A stretch of DNA of 64,000 nt from an uncultured bacterium (GTDB lineage Bacteria; JAJVIF01; JAPKYR01): positions 53,331 to 117,330 of the forward strand of contig CBDURU010000002.1 in assembly GCA_965369865.1 (NCBI GenBank), written 5' to 3'. The translations under genes were made by a program, and so were the position numbers. The notes under the pieces are model-generated. The model had not been told where the DNA came from. It worked only from the letters and a program-made list of their open reading frames with translations, and ran no database searches. Below, piece by piece: positions 31,049 to 40,907 of this stretch. Each line of letters opens with the position of its first letter. Within the stretch, counting starts at the first letter, position 1.

Positions 31049-32359
31049 ATGCTCCTTACACGCCGGAGCCTGATCGTCCTCGCGACTGCCGCGATATGGA
31101 TTCTCACCGAATCCGTGTTTCCTTTCGCCCAGATCGTATTCATCTTTCATGTCGGACTGGTACTGCTGTTTATCGTCCTGGATTCCATAGTCAGCGCTCA
31201 CCGGGACGATTTTGAAATTATGAGGCATTGTGAGGGAAAACTCAGCCTGCTCGATGACAATCCTGTAACGATCGATATTTACAACCGGTCGGGGAAAACC
31301 GTTAAGGGCGTGCTGGCAGACGAATATCCCGATCCGGGCAAGGCAAATCCTGAACGGCTTGAATTTCTAATTCCAGATAAATCAACGGTTGAATTGACAT
31401 ACCACTACCGTCCTGAAAAGCGCGGCGACGTGGTGTTCCCAGGGGTCCACCTGCGGATTCTGGGCCAGTTGGGATTTGTTATCAAGCGAATAATGGTTCC
31501 GCACGTAACCAAAGCACAGGTGTATCCAAACCTGATCCAGACCCGAAGGTGGGACCTTCTCGCCCGGAAAGGCGCGTTGTTTGCAGCCGGGTTCAAACCC
31601 ATAGGACGGTTCGGACGCGGTACCGAGTTCAGCCAGTTAAGGGAATACCTGCCGGATGATCAATTTCGAGCAATCGACTGGAAGGCAAGCGCGAGGAAAG
31701 GAGCACTGGTTGTCAAGGAATATGAGATTGAGCGAAGCCAGCCGCTCGCACTATTTTTGGATTGCGGACGCCAGATGATCGGTCGGATCGATGAACATAC
31801 CCGTCTCGATTACGCGATCAACGCCGCATTAATGCTTGCGTACGTAGCGGTCCTGAAAGGCGACCAGGTCGGATTGATCGCGTTCGACGCGAAGATCCAG
31901 CATTACATCGCGCCCGCGCGTGGAATGGCGCAGTTGAACCGTATCATCGAAGCTCTTTATGACATCCAGCCGTCGGAAGTTGAAAGCGATTACGCCGGCG
32001 CATTTAAGAAATTTCTCGCGACATGGAGAAAACGCAGCCTGATAGCGTTGTTTTCCGATGTGGTCGACCCGACAGCTTCATCGGTCCTGCTTGGGCACCT
32101 CCCGTCGGTACATCCGAGGCACCTTCCGCTGGCTGTCCTTTTAAAGGATCCGGAGCTTATTGAAATCGAACGCCAGGTTCCTGAAAACGCGTCCGAGCTT
32201 TATGAAAAAGCGGTTGCCTGCGATCTTTCGAGCAGCCGTGAACTCGCATCTCGCCAGTTACGCCAGGCAGGATGCCTTGTAGTGGATGTAGCGCCAAAGG
32301 ACCTGACCGTTTCTGTCATCAACGAATATCTCAGGTTGAAGGCAAGGAGTATGATCTAG
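31049..32359 (+). CDS. DUF58 (MoxR-associated, VWA-like) protein
   Basis: '[27 protein letters not shown]...VKEYEIER', 'LDCGRQM', 'GDQVGL'. Confidence 0.9.
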   Translation: MLLTRRSLIVLATAAIWILTESVFPFAQIVFIFHVGLVLLFIVLDSIVSAHRDDFEIMRHCEGKLSLLDDNPVTIDIYNRSGKTVKGVLADEYPDPGKANPERLEFLIPDKSTVELTYHYRPEKRGDVVFPGVHLRILGQLGFVIKRIMVPHVTKAQVYPNLIQTRRWDLLARKGALFAAGFKPIGRFGRGTEFSQLREYLPDDQFRAIDWKASARKGALVVKEYEIERSQPLALFLDCGRQMIGRIDEHTRLDYAINAALMLAYVAVLKGDQVGLIAFDAKIQHYIAPARGMAQLNRIIEALYDIQPSEVESDYAGAFKKFLATWRKRSLIALFSDVVDPTASSVLLGHLPSVHPRHLPLAVLLKDPELIEIERQVPENASELYEKAVACDLSSSRELASRQLRQAGCLVVDVAPKDLTVSVINEYLRLKARSMI

Positions 32360-32361
32360 CC

Positions 32362-32757
32362 ATGAAATTTCTAACAGTACCGACAAGTACCAGGATCGAG
32401 ATTGTCGATATCACGGACAAGCTCAGGGAACTGGTTAAAAGCAACGGATGGTCGGAGGGTATCGTCACCGTTTACTGTCCGCACACGACCGCGGCGATAA
32501 CGATTAACGAGGCGGCCGATCCGGATGTCCGCGCGGATATCCTGGAAACCCTGAACAAACTGATCCCATACAACGATAATTACGCGCACATCGAAGGGAA
32601 CGCGGACGCGCATATTAAATCGTCACTCGTAGGATCGTCGCAGCAGGTCATTATCGAGCATGGACGTCTTGTGCTGGGAACGTGGCAGGGAGTATTTTTC
32701 TGTGAGTTCGACGGCCCGCGTCAGAGGAAGGTCTACGTCAAATTTGTGTCAGGATGA
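32362..32757 (+). CDS. yjbQ: YjbQ / UPF0047 family protein
   Basis: '[12 protein letters not shown]', '[14 protein letters not shown]', 'LGTWQG...EFDGPR'. Confidence 0.92.
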   Translation: MKFLTVPTSTRIEIVDITDKLRELVKSNGWSEGIVTVYCPHTTAAITINEAADPDVRADILETLNKLIPYNDNYAHIEGNADAHIKSSLVGSSQQVIIEHGRLVLGTWQGVFFCEFDGPRQRKVYVKFVSG

Positions 32758-32854
32758 AGTAAAATCTGGAAAGATTCAAAGCCCGCTTATTATAATGCAT
32801 CCAACCCTTAAGAAGGCGCCAATAATATCCATCCCATTTTAATGCACTGCTCCT

Positions 32855-33829
32855 TCAACTTCCGTTTATATAGAAATCTATTAATTGGCGATGGTCTACT
32901 CCATTAATCCATTCGTCAGGATTCTTCAGCATTTCAGATGAGAGCAGAATTGATTTTTCGGCTCCCGTGGGAAGGCCGGTAAATACCCACTCCCATCTAT
33001 TTGAATCAAAGGAGTCATACCCGTCAGGCCCTATGTTATATTTCCTGATAAGGATCATTTCATCATGATTATCTCTCCGAACAAACTCCGTGTACAAGAG
33101 ATTGGAATCATGTATAACGCCAATTTCAAAATGTTCATAGGCGCCTTGCGAGATTAATTCTGATGAATTTTCTATAAAATCTTCATTGATGAAAAATTGG
33201 CCGTTCAACAGGTCCTGCAGACTTCCCGGCATGGATTCATGATCTGCGATGTAGAAGTCAATAATCGATTCGCATGCAGTCGACATTGACCATACAAGAA
33301 GATCCCATTCATCGGAGGACAATCGCGTTTTATTATCCGACCCCGTCGGTGCAGAAGTACCTAAACCCCAAACTACCTTTTGTGATTCAGCGGATTCCAG
33401 GTAAGATACTTCGGCGTTTTCGTTATTTACTCTTGTACGTGTAATTAAGCTGAAATCCCATCCTTTGCCTTCAACAGGCCAGTATGTAACCTGAGAGGAC
33501 ACAGGTTCAATTTCACGCAGAATCCGGATAGGTTCGTTATCAAATGGATCAAAGCACCAAATTGGGAGAAATCCTGCCTTACTTACTTCATCCAAATTCG
33601 GCTCTTTAAATATGCCATTTTGGTTTACAGCCCAGGCAATGAGCGCAACTTTAAGAAAAATGCTTCTCATTGACAAAGGTGCTTGTTCAAGAAAGGCCGT
33701 TTGAGCTATTGATGCTCCTTCATTATTATCAACATCTGCTCGCACAATCGGAGTGTATAAACAAATCATCCCAATCAATACTACAAACATAAGAGCAAAT
33801 TTGGATATAATTCCGCTCAACTTTTTCAT
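32855..33829 (-). CDS. Exported hypothetical protein, paralogous to 10142-11188
   Basis: ATG 33829 after GGGAGG; signal peptide; 'FYIADHESMPGSLQDLL' motif. Confidence 0.6.
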   Translation of the reverse strand: MKKLSGIISKFALMFVVLIGMICLYTPIVRADVDNNEGASIAQTAFLEQAPLSMRSIFLKVALIAWAVNQNGIFKEPNLDEVSKAGFLPIWCFDPFDNEPIRILREIEPVSSQVTYWPVEGKGWDFSLITRTRVNNENAEVSYLESAESQKVVWGLGTSAPTGSDNKTRLSSDEWDLLVWSMSTACESIIDFYIADHESMPGSLQDLLNGQFFINEDFIENSSELISQGAYEHFEIGVIHDSNLLYTEFVRRDNHDEMILIRKYNIGPDGYDSFDSNRWEWVFTGLPTGAEKSILLSSEMLKNPDEWINGVDHRQLIDFYINGS

Positions 33830-33901
33830 ACTTAAACCTCCCGTAATTGCTAAATTAATTTTAAAGAAAAAAAAGTAATATGTCAAGAAAAAGAGTAATA
33901 T

Positions 33902-34031
33902 GAGACCGTTGCAAAAGCCTGAATTTGGACCAGGGCGCAGCAAGCGGCGCTCCTACAAGCCTCTATTCATACGGATTCTATTCGTAGGGGCGTTGCTTGC
34001 TGCGCCCCATAGCGACTTTCGCAACGGTTTT
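33902..34031. mobile_element. 130-bp MITE-like shell enclosing a GTAG REP pair
   Basis: AGACCGTTGCAAAAGCC (33903-33919) vs GACTTTCGCAACGGTTT (34014-34030), 14/17 inverted match. REP copies at 33933-33956 and 33984-34007. Confidence 0.7.
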
Positions 34032-34039
34032 AATTAACA

Positions 34040-34933
34040 TTAAACTGCGCTGCTGGGTGCATGGTCGGTCATGGGTGGTGGTTCGGATTCCACCAAAGGG
34101 ATGCTCATGGCTTCGACACCGGCGGCCTCGCGGATATCCGTGAGAAGTTTTGCCGCGATAAACCTGTCCTGGATACGTCCCGCAAGACCTTCTTTAACTT
34201 TGTCACGGGTTTCCGAGGTTGAAGGCCTGAGTGTGAATCCGGCAGTCACATCGCTTCCGGCGTCAACGGCATTCACCCTGATGCCGAGCGACCGTGAAAT
34301 CGAGCCAATGTATTCGATCTGAATGACATGGTGAGATTCACTGGTTGCGGGACTGGACAGTGAAACATCGGCTACTCTAAGCCCCGGTGATGAATCCGGT
34401 GGTATCGGGTCAGGCAGGGTAGTGGTTTTAAGATAGGTTTTAATTGCATTGACAGCCTCTGAGAATGGGATCTCGAGGTGAGTGGTGAAATGCTCGTCCG
34501 GTTTACCGAGTTCGATAGGGTGTCCAAGCATCAGGCTCGCGTCGCGAAGGAAACGGTACAATTCACCATCCCCGGCGAATAGCTTCCACTGGCGATTGAA
34601 CCTTCCGGCAAGCGACCTGAGGTGATAAATGACTATTGGAATCAGGCAAATTACCATAAGGATTGCGATGGGAAGCCCCATCGCGTAGATCGTCCGTACA
34701 GCCATTCCTACGATACCAAACAGGGCGATAATCAGTATGCACGTCCAGAATGGGTACTGCTCCCTTTCGGCTTTGGTCCAGTGTTTGCGGGTAATACGGT
34801 CCGACATTGTCGGGATTTGTTCCAGTTGGAACTCAAGCGATGTAAAACGGTGTTCCTGAACGTCCTCTCCTGAATTTCCTCTATTTCCCATATCTCCTCC
34901 CATTGCATCCGATGCAGTGGGTTGGTGAGTCAT
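34040..34933 (-). CDS. Two-TM hypothetical membrane protein
   Basis: 297 aa; start overlaps the pilin stop (ATGA), suggesting translational coupling. Confidence 0.65.
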   Translation of the reverse strand: MTHQPTASDAMGGDMGNRGNSGEDVQEHRFTSLEFQLEQIPTMSDRITRKHWTKAEREQYPFWTCILIIALFGIVGMAVRTIYAMGLPIAILMVICLIPIVIYHLRSLAGRFNRQWKLFAGDGELYRFLRDASLMLGHPIELGKPDEHFTTHLEIPFSEAVNAIKTYLKTTTLPDPIPPDSSPGLRVADVSLSSPATSESHHVIQIEYIGSISRSLGIRVNAVDAGSDVTAGFTLRPSTSETRDKVKEGLAGRIQDRFIAAKLLTDIREAAGVEAMSIPLVESEPPPMTDHAPSSAV

Positions 34934-35382
34934 TCGGGCCAGACCTCCTCGACTCGGCCGCTCAGGTCGATCTTCAGAATTGGCGAGTTCGGACCCGCGC
35001 CGGCCTGTTGATTTGGTGTTGCAGTGATGACAAAACCGTTTCTGGAAACCTCAATTTCAACATCATAATTCCGCACAATAGGAGTGCCTGCGCCTAATGC
35101 GCGGTTTGTATACGAACGGGCGATAGTCCCGGATTGAATCAGTTCAGCGAACGTCGCATAGGTTCTGTGGTTTGCATGGTATGTAAGCTCGGCCTGGTGG
35201 AGCTGACGCATCATGGTCTTGGTCATGTCCATACCGAGTGCGTTCGTATTACGGTTACCGGATGAGGTCCCGAAAAAGGACCCGGAAGAATTCAGCATCA
35301 TGACCATAAGAACGCCGACAATCGCAACACTTATCAGCATCCCGATCAGACTGAAGCCAGTTTGATGATTCAGTCGCACCAC
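34930..35382 (-). CDS. Type IV prepilin-like protein
   Basis: 'TG|FSLIGMLISVAIVGVL' cleavage site plus hydrophobic helix; 'YHANHRTY'; 'FVITATP'. Confidence 0.8.
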   Translation of the reverse strand: MVRLNHQTGFSLIGMLISVAIVGVLMVMMLNSSGSFFGTSSGNRNTNALGMDMTKTMMRQLHQAELTYHANHRTYATFAELIQSGTIARSYTNRALGAGTPIVRNYDVEIEVSRNGFVITATPNQQAGAGPNSPILKIDLSGRVEEVWPE

Positions 35383-35515
35383 AGATAGCGCCTCTGAAAT
35401 ATTATAGCATACAAATTTGAAAATTTAATATATTACCATTAATGTTATTGAACCATTGTACCCACTTGCGAGTCACGTTAATGGGTATTAGAATGGAGTT
35501 AGAGGAAATACCGGG

Positions 35516-36157
35516 ATGTCAGACAAAACTCAAATCGATCGGGCTTCGGATTCAGAAGAAGAACGAAAGGATAAAAAAAGCAAGAAAGAACAGAATCCAT
35601 GGTTCCTTTGGACCAGGGATATAGTCATCGTTCTCATCCTCGTCCTTTTATTCAGAACCCATGTCGCTGAGGCGAATTATATTCCATCACCTTCGATGGA
35701 ACCTACCCTTAAAGTGCATGACCGGATTATTGTCGACAAGCTTTCGCTGAACTGGCACCCGATCGAACGCGGGGAACTCGTTGTTTTTCATCCACCGCTT
35801 AATGACAAGGAGTCTGAACGCTGGATCAAACGCGTGGTCGGCATTCCCGGGGATACCATTGAAATCCTGCGCGGCGTGGTCTATGTCAATGGTGACCGTC
35901 TCGATGAACCATACATCGAATGGCCGGGCGTTTATACAGAGCCTCTTGTAATGCTGGCAGAAGATGATCCCTCTACTCCTGCGATTGAAGGGGAATATTA
36001 CCTGATGGGCGACAATCGTAGTAATTCCCGCGACAGTCACGTGTGGGGCCCGTGCCCTGCGGAAAATATCATTGGGCGCGCGGTTTTCAGGTACTGGCCG
36101 ATAAACACGGTCGGGATTCTCGCGCGACAATCGGGAACACCGGATTCTGAAGAATAA
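35516..36157 (+). CDS. lepB: Signal peptidase I
   Basis: 'IPSPSMEPTL', 'IKRVVGIPGD', 'GDNRSNSRDS'. Confidence 0.95.
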   Translation: MSDKTQIDRASDSEEERKDKKSKKEQNPWFLWTRDIVIVLILVLLFRTHVAEANYIPSPSMEPTLKVHDRIIVDKLSLNWHPIERGELVVFHPPLNDKESERWIKRVVGIPGDTIEILRGVVYVNGDRLDEPYIEWPGVYTEPLVMLAEDDPSTPAIEGEYYLMGDNRSNSRDSHVWGPCPAENIIGRAVFRYWPINTVGILARQSGTPDSEE

Positions 36158-36448
36158 TTCATAACCGTCTGCACAATTCACCAGTTTCTAAAATATGAGT
36201 CGCTACAGTATCAACACTCTAAGATTAACCTTGAGAGGATAATACTCTGGCAGCGTGGTGACTTTGACGATGCAAAATCCGGGCGGAGTTGGGAATTACA
36301 GACCCGGATTCAACATAATTTTTACATGCCTGACCTGCCCCTGATTCCCTGGTTGATATTTGAGCCGTTTTAAGGGTACGATTGGTTCATTCACCCGGTT
36401 ACTATAACGGGCATACTAAGCTGATTTCCTACCCAAGGGTCTCCAATA

Positions 36449-37996
36449 ATGGCCACAGATAAAATAAAAGAACTGGAAGCTATATCCGCCGAAGCTGAAG
36501 CCGGCGGCGGGCAGAAACGTATCGATAAACAGCACTCGTCCGGAAAATGGACCGCGCGGGAACGTATTGATTATCTTCTCGATCCCGGAAGTTTCGAGGA
36601 AATCGATAAATTCGTGCGGCACGAGTGCCACGACTACGACATGTTTAAAAATCGCCCGTACGGGGATGGCGTGGTTACGGGCACCGGCACGATCGATGGA
36701 CGCCCGGTCGCGATTTTCAGCCAGGATTTCACAATTATTGGCGGTTCACTCGGCAGGGCGTTCGCATCGAAAATCTGCAAGATAAACGATATCGGAATGA
36801 AAAACGGCCTGCCGGTTATCGGACTTAACGATTCCGGCGGCGCGAGAATACAGGAAGGGGTCGGCGCGCTGGCGGGGTACGCGGATATCTTCCTCCAGAA
36901 TGTCATGGCGAGCGGTGTGGTTCCACAGATCAGCGCGATCATGGGCCCGTGCGCAGGCGGCGCTGTTTATTCACCTGCGATCACGGATTTTATCTACATG
37001 GTCAGCGGGTCATCGCGGATGTTTATAACCGGGCCTGCTATCATCAAGGCTGTCACGCACGAGGATATCGATTTTGAATCGCTCGGAGGAGCTGCGGTAC
37101 ACAATGAAATCAGCGGAGTAGCGCATTTCGAAACGGAGAATGACGAGGAATGCCTTGACAGCATCAAGAGGCTACTTAGTTTCATACCATCAAACAATCT
37201 TGAATCACCGCCATTTGTTCCGACTGATGATCCCTCCGATCGAACTGAATTATCGCTCGATGAGATCATTCCCGACGATCCAAATCTGCCGTATGACATG
37301 ATCGATGTTGTACGTCTTATTGTCGACAATGGTGATTTCTACCAGGTCCATGAACACTGGGCAAGAAATATTATTGTCGGATTCGCGCGTCTGGCCGGGT
37401 ATTCGTTCGGGATCATCGCGAACCAGCCCAACCATCTCGCAGGGTGTCTCGACATCAATTCCAGCATCAAGGGTGCCAGGTTTGTCCGGTTCTGCGACGC
37501 GTTTAATATCCCGCTTCTTGTGCTTGAGGATATCCCCGGATTCCTTCCGGGCGTAAACCAGGAGCATGGCGGAATTATTCGTAATGGCGCCAAGCTGATA
37601 TACGCGTTCGCCGAAGCGACTGTCCCTAAAATGACTGTGATCACCCGCAAGGCATATGGCGGAGCGTACTGCGCGATGAACTCAAGGCACCTGAGGGCGG
37701 ATTCCGTAATTGCGTGGCCTACAGCGGAAATCGCGGTAATGGGTTCGCAGGGCGCGGTAAATATAATCCACCGGAATGAAATAAAGGAAGCCGATGATGT
37801 CGACGCGAAACGTGAAGAACTGATCAGAGATTACAACCGTCTCTTCGCGACACCTTATATCGCGGCTTCGAAAGGGTACATAGATAAGGTAATCAAACCA
37901 TCCGAAACCCGCCAGCATATCATTAAGACTTACAACATTATCAAAACGAAACGAGATCAAAATCCCGCGAAGAAACACGGGAATATCCCACTCTGA
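36449..37996 (+). CDS. Acyl-CoA carboxyltransferase (PccB / MmdA family)
   Basis: 'TARERI', 'DSGGARIQEG', 'GPCAGGAVYSPA', 'PGFLPG..QEHGG', C-terminal 'KKHGNIPL'. Confidence 0.93.
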   Translation: MATDKIKELEAISAEAEAGGGQKRIDKQHSSGKWTARERIDYLLDPGSFEEIDKFVRHECHDYDMFKNRPYGDGVVTGTGTIDGRPVAIFSQDFTIIGGSLGRAFASKICKINDIGMKNGLPVIGLNDSGGARIQEGVGALAGYADIFLQNVMASGVVPQISAIMGPCAGGAVYSPAITDFIYMVSGSSRMFITGPAIIKAVTHEDIDFESLGGAAVHNEISGVAHFETENDEECLDSIKRLLSFIPSNNLESPPFVPTDDPSDRTELSLDEIIPDDPNLPYDMIDVVRLIVDNGDFYQVHEHWARNIIVGFARLAGYSFGIIANQPNHLAGCLDINSSIKGARFVRFCDAFNIPLLVLEDIPGFLPGVNQEHGGIIRNGAKLIYAFAEATVPKMTVITRKAYGGAYCAMNSRHLRADSVIAWPTAEIAVMGSQGAVNIIHRNEIKEADDVDAKREELIRDYNRLFATPYIAASKGYIDKVIKPSETRQHIIKTYNIIKTKRDQNPAKKHGNIPL

Positions 37997-38021
37997 ATAA
38001 ATGGGTGGCTGAGAATAACGT

Positions 38022-38303
38022 ATGGTAAATCCGGGAAATATTAATCCTGACAATAAGGGTGGACGGTTGCCGAAGTCGATCCGCGATGGATCGGTTGCTG
38101 CCGCGATCGGGGTCGCGCTTGCCCTGGCGGTTGAATCCGGATCGGTGGAGAGGCAGCATCCGGAACGCCTGGCCGAAGCTCCCTGGACAGGCAGTTCGCG
38201 CAGCAGGATGAACTTCTCCGGAACCGGATTTCAAACGCGCGATGGGTGGGGTAAACTTGCGGGATGGAAACCGGCTTACGGCAAATGGCGGCTTAACAGG
38301 TGA
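38022..38303 (+). CDS. Small accessory subunit of the acyl-CoA carboxylase/decarboxylase (epsilon/delta-like)
   Basis: 'VAAAIGVALAL...PWTGSSR' motif; lies between the carboxyltransferase and biotin carrier genes. Confidence 0.6.
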   Translation: MVNPGNINPDNKGGRLPKSIRDGSVAAAIGVALALAVESGSVERQHPERLAEAPWTGSSRSRMNFSGTGFQTRDGWGKLAGWKPAYGKWRLNR

Positions 38304-38318
38304 ACACGAGGAAGTAAT

Positions 38319-38834
38319 ATGCAGCGTTACCAGATAGTTGTTAATGGGAACACGTACACCGTCACGGTAAAAAGCCTTGTCGGGAATAACGCGACCGTGG
38401 ATGTGGACGGCTGGGAATTCCAGGTCAGGATTGTCAATGGTGATGGTGCGCTTGATTTTAAACCTGTGGTCGTAACCGCCGCCGGATCCGGTTCGGAAAC
38501 CAGGTCGACTGCTGTCCCGGATCGGCAAAAAATCCAGCCTCCATCGGATACTGCCGGGAAACGCACCAGTGCGCTCGAACACCTCTCACCAAAGAAATCA
38601 TCAGCACCCAAAACCACAAGATCGGGGGAAATCACCGCACACCTCCCAGGCCAGATTATAGAAATTACGGTTAAAGCTGGGGACTCGGTTTTGAGTGGCG
38701 ACATTGTCTGCAAGATGGAAGCGATGAAAATGATGAACGATGTGCAGTCGCCTTTTACAGGTGTTGTGAAGGAAATTCTTGTCGAGGAAATGCAGAACGT
38801 CCTCGAAAACCAACCGTTGATGATAATCGAGTAA
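38319..38834 (+). CDS. Biotin carboxyl carrier protein
   Basis: 'EAMKM' biotinylation motif; N-terminal 'YQIVVNGNTYTV' strands and a Pro/Ala/Ser linker. Confidence 0.93.
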   Translation: MQRYQIVVNGNTYTVTVKSLVGNNATVDVDGWEFQVRIVNGDGALDFKPVVVTAAGSGSETRSTAVPDRQKIQPPSDTAGKRTSALEHLSPKKSSAPKTTRSGEITAHLPGQIIEITVKAGDSVLSGDIVCKMEAMKMMNDVQSPFTGVVKEILVEEMQNVLENQPLMIIE

Positions 38835-38979
38835 AGGCGGTCAGGGGCGATAGGAAGGGTTGGTAGGGGTGATATTCTTGCTGAGAAACAGACATGCGGG
38901 TATGATGATATTCGCAACTGAGACGCCAGGCTAAGCGACTTGGGGGAATCGTGACCCTTTTCTTATCAGTAATGTAAAA

Positions 38980-39882
38980 ATGGATATGACAAAGGATATG
39001 TACTTGGAAGTCACTGGTATTTTTTTCGACAAGCTGGTCGAACTCAAGGAACGAGCAGAAGTAACATCTGTTTTAGAAGCTCGGCAAGAGTTTTTCAAGA
39101 AAATGGATGACGAATACGACGGGAGCATACCCAACGCGCCAGAATTGAATTCATTGATATGGCTGGAAGATGTTATTAGCATTTTCTTTGAATGTCGCTT
39201 TGCGGTTGCCTGGATATCTGCTTTGCGTAAATATAAAGGTGAAGTTACACTTTGGGAAGAAATAGATGACTTTCACTTGAATTACTACTTCGGCGATGTT
39301 GCGACACGGCTTTTATCTTCAAGAGATAAGTTATATATTGCACTGCTGAGTTATTTCTTGCCAATTGATCCTAGAGATATGTTGCCAGATTATAAAGAGA
39401 AAAATGTACGAGCAAGAATTCTAGAAGTCAAGGCAATTGCTCACCACTCCGAGCGAACTGAGTCAGCAGTATTAACTGAGCGTATTCTACTTGCCCTGTT
39501 TAATGAAAGTTGGAAAAAAATAAAAGATTATAGAAACAAGAAAGTACATCGTAGGGAACCGCGAGTTTATTTGAAAAAGATCGAGCCTTTGAAATTGAGG
39601 TACATGATTCCTGTTTTGCGTGAAAAGGATATTGAAGAGGCAGAAAAGCATTTCAGATTCAGGCTTGATGAGAAAGCGAAAGCGGATTTGGGCGTTGACT
39701 TCTTGCCACTGGGTTCACCTGAAATTGATGGTGTTACTTATCTTATGAAATCCACAGAAAGCATCTGGGATTTCGACGAACTTTTTCAGCATGTTGAAGA
39801 GTGCTATGGGAACCTATCAAGCGGCATAGCCGAGTGGCTCATGCATTTAACTGAACAGTTCCCTTTTGGACGCGAGTTTTAA
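38980..39882 (+). CDS. HEPN-domain protein (Cthe_2314-like), putative RNase
   Basis: Helical protein with 'RLLSSRDKL' and an R-X4-H motif 'YRNKKVHR' (39532-39549). Confidence 0.6.
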   Translation: MDMTKDMYLEVTGIFFDKLVELKERAEVTSVLEARQEFFKKMDDEYDGSIPNAPELNSLIWLEDVISIFFECRFAVAWISALRKYKGEVTLWEEIDDFHLNYYFGDVATRLLSSRDKLYIALLSYFLPIDPRDMLPDYKEKNVRARILEVKAIAHHSERTESAVLTERILLALFNESWKKIKDYRNKKVHRREPRVYLKKIEPLKLRYMIPVLREKDIEEAEKHFRFRLDEKAKADLGVDFLPLGSPEIDGVTYLMKSTESIWDFDELFQHVEECYGNLSSGIAEWLMHLTEQFPFGREF

Positions 39883-39923
39883 GCGACAGACATAAGAGCG
39901 ATTAATGGCGATAAATTTGTACG

Positions 39924-40907
39924 GCTGGAAGCCAAACGGCGCTTGTCACCGGCACCCGGCTGAGAAAGCCAGATTAAAGGCTAGGTAGACGAAATGGATA
40001 AAAACACCTTTGTATTATCTATTGTTTTAATCGGAGCCTTTCTGAGTGGTTGCACACCGCAATATGTTTATAGGGAGCCTAATGACGCAGAGGTTAACAG
40101 CTTCGTTCCTTATGGCTACCAATTAGTATCGCGAAATGATAATTCGCCTGCTCAAATAGTCAAAGCCAATCTCGACGCTGATCCTGCTCAGGAGATTCTG
40201 CTGCCGATGTACGGTTTGGATTGGGAGTCTCCTGTTAAAATTCTTACCATTAAGTTTGATGCCAAAACTAATGAATGGAACCTACTGGAAACCCTAGAGT
40301 ATGGGGGCTTTGCCTATATTGGTGTCATCGGTTCTCCAACTGACCTTGACGCTGACGGCATCAACGAAGTCCATCTGGTGCTTACCCCATTTGATCCAAC
40401 AGGATTTACAAATGGCCATTCAATACTGGTTCTTACAAACAGATTCTTACAAACAGAAATGGCGAAATGGTTGATCTGATGCCCCAGAATTCTCACTTTG
40501 ACTTTAGCCAAGAGGACAGCGGCAGGAGTTATAAAACAGCGTCCTTTATATGGCACATCAACGAAGGTCGTTTTGACTGCCATTACTTTACTATACAAAC
40601 CTACACTTTCTCCTTAACTGACTATCAATTGGTCTCAACCTATACAACTCAGAATAAGTACAACATAGACCCGCAGTGGACTGGAGCGGATTGTTCAGTA
40701 TGGAATATTCATCAGGCGATGCCCTGAGCTCTGATCAAAGGTTCTAAGAGCCGGGTGCAGGATGCTGGGGTGGCCTAGTCTGGGTTCTAGTTGATGATGA
40801 CGAGGATATCATCATGCCGGGCAACAGGATGTCTCCCTACCGCAGGGATTGATGAAGTCACCATAAGATGAACGGGTGCCGGTGACAAGCGCAGGTTGGC
40901 TTCCAGC
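39924..40907. mobile_element. 984-bp segment bounded by 35-bp inverted repeats
   Basis: GCTGGAAGCCAAACGGCGCTTGTCACCGGCACCCG (39924-39958) matches the reverse complement of 40873-40907 at 33/35. Confidence 0.65.
39994..40727 (+). pseudogene. Lipoprotein gene frameshifted by a 14-bp tandem duplication
   Basis: Lipobox FLSGC; TTCTTACAAACAGA twice (40430-40457). Removing one copy joins ORF 39994-40479 to ORF 40467-40727 in frame. Confidence 0.85.
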
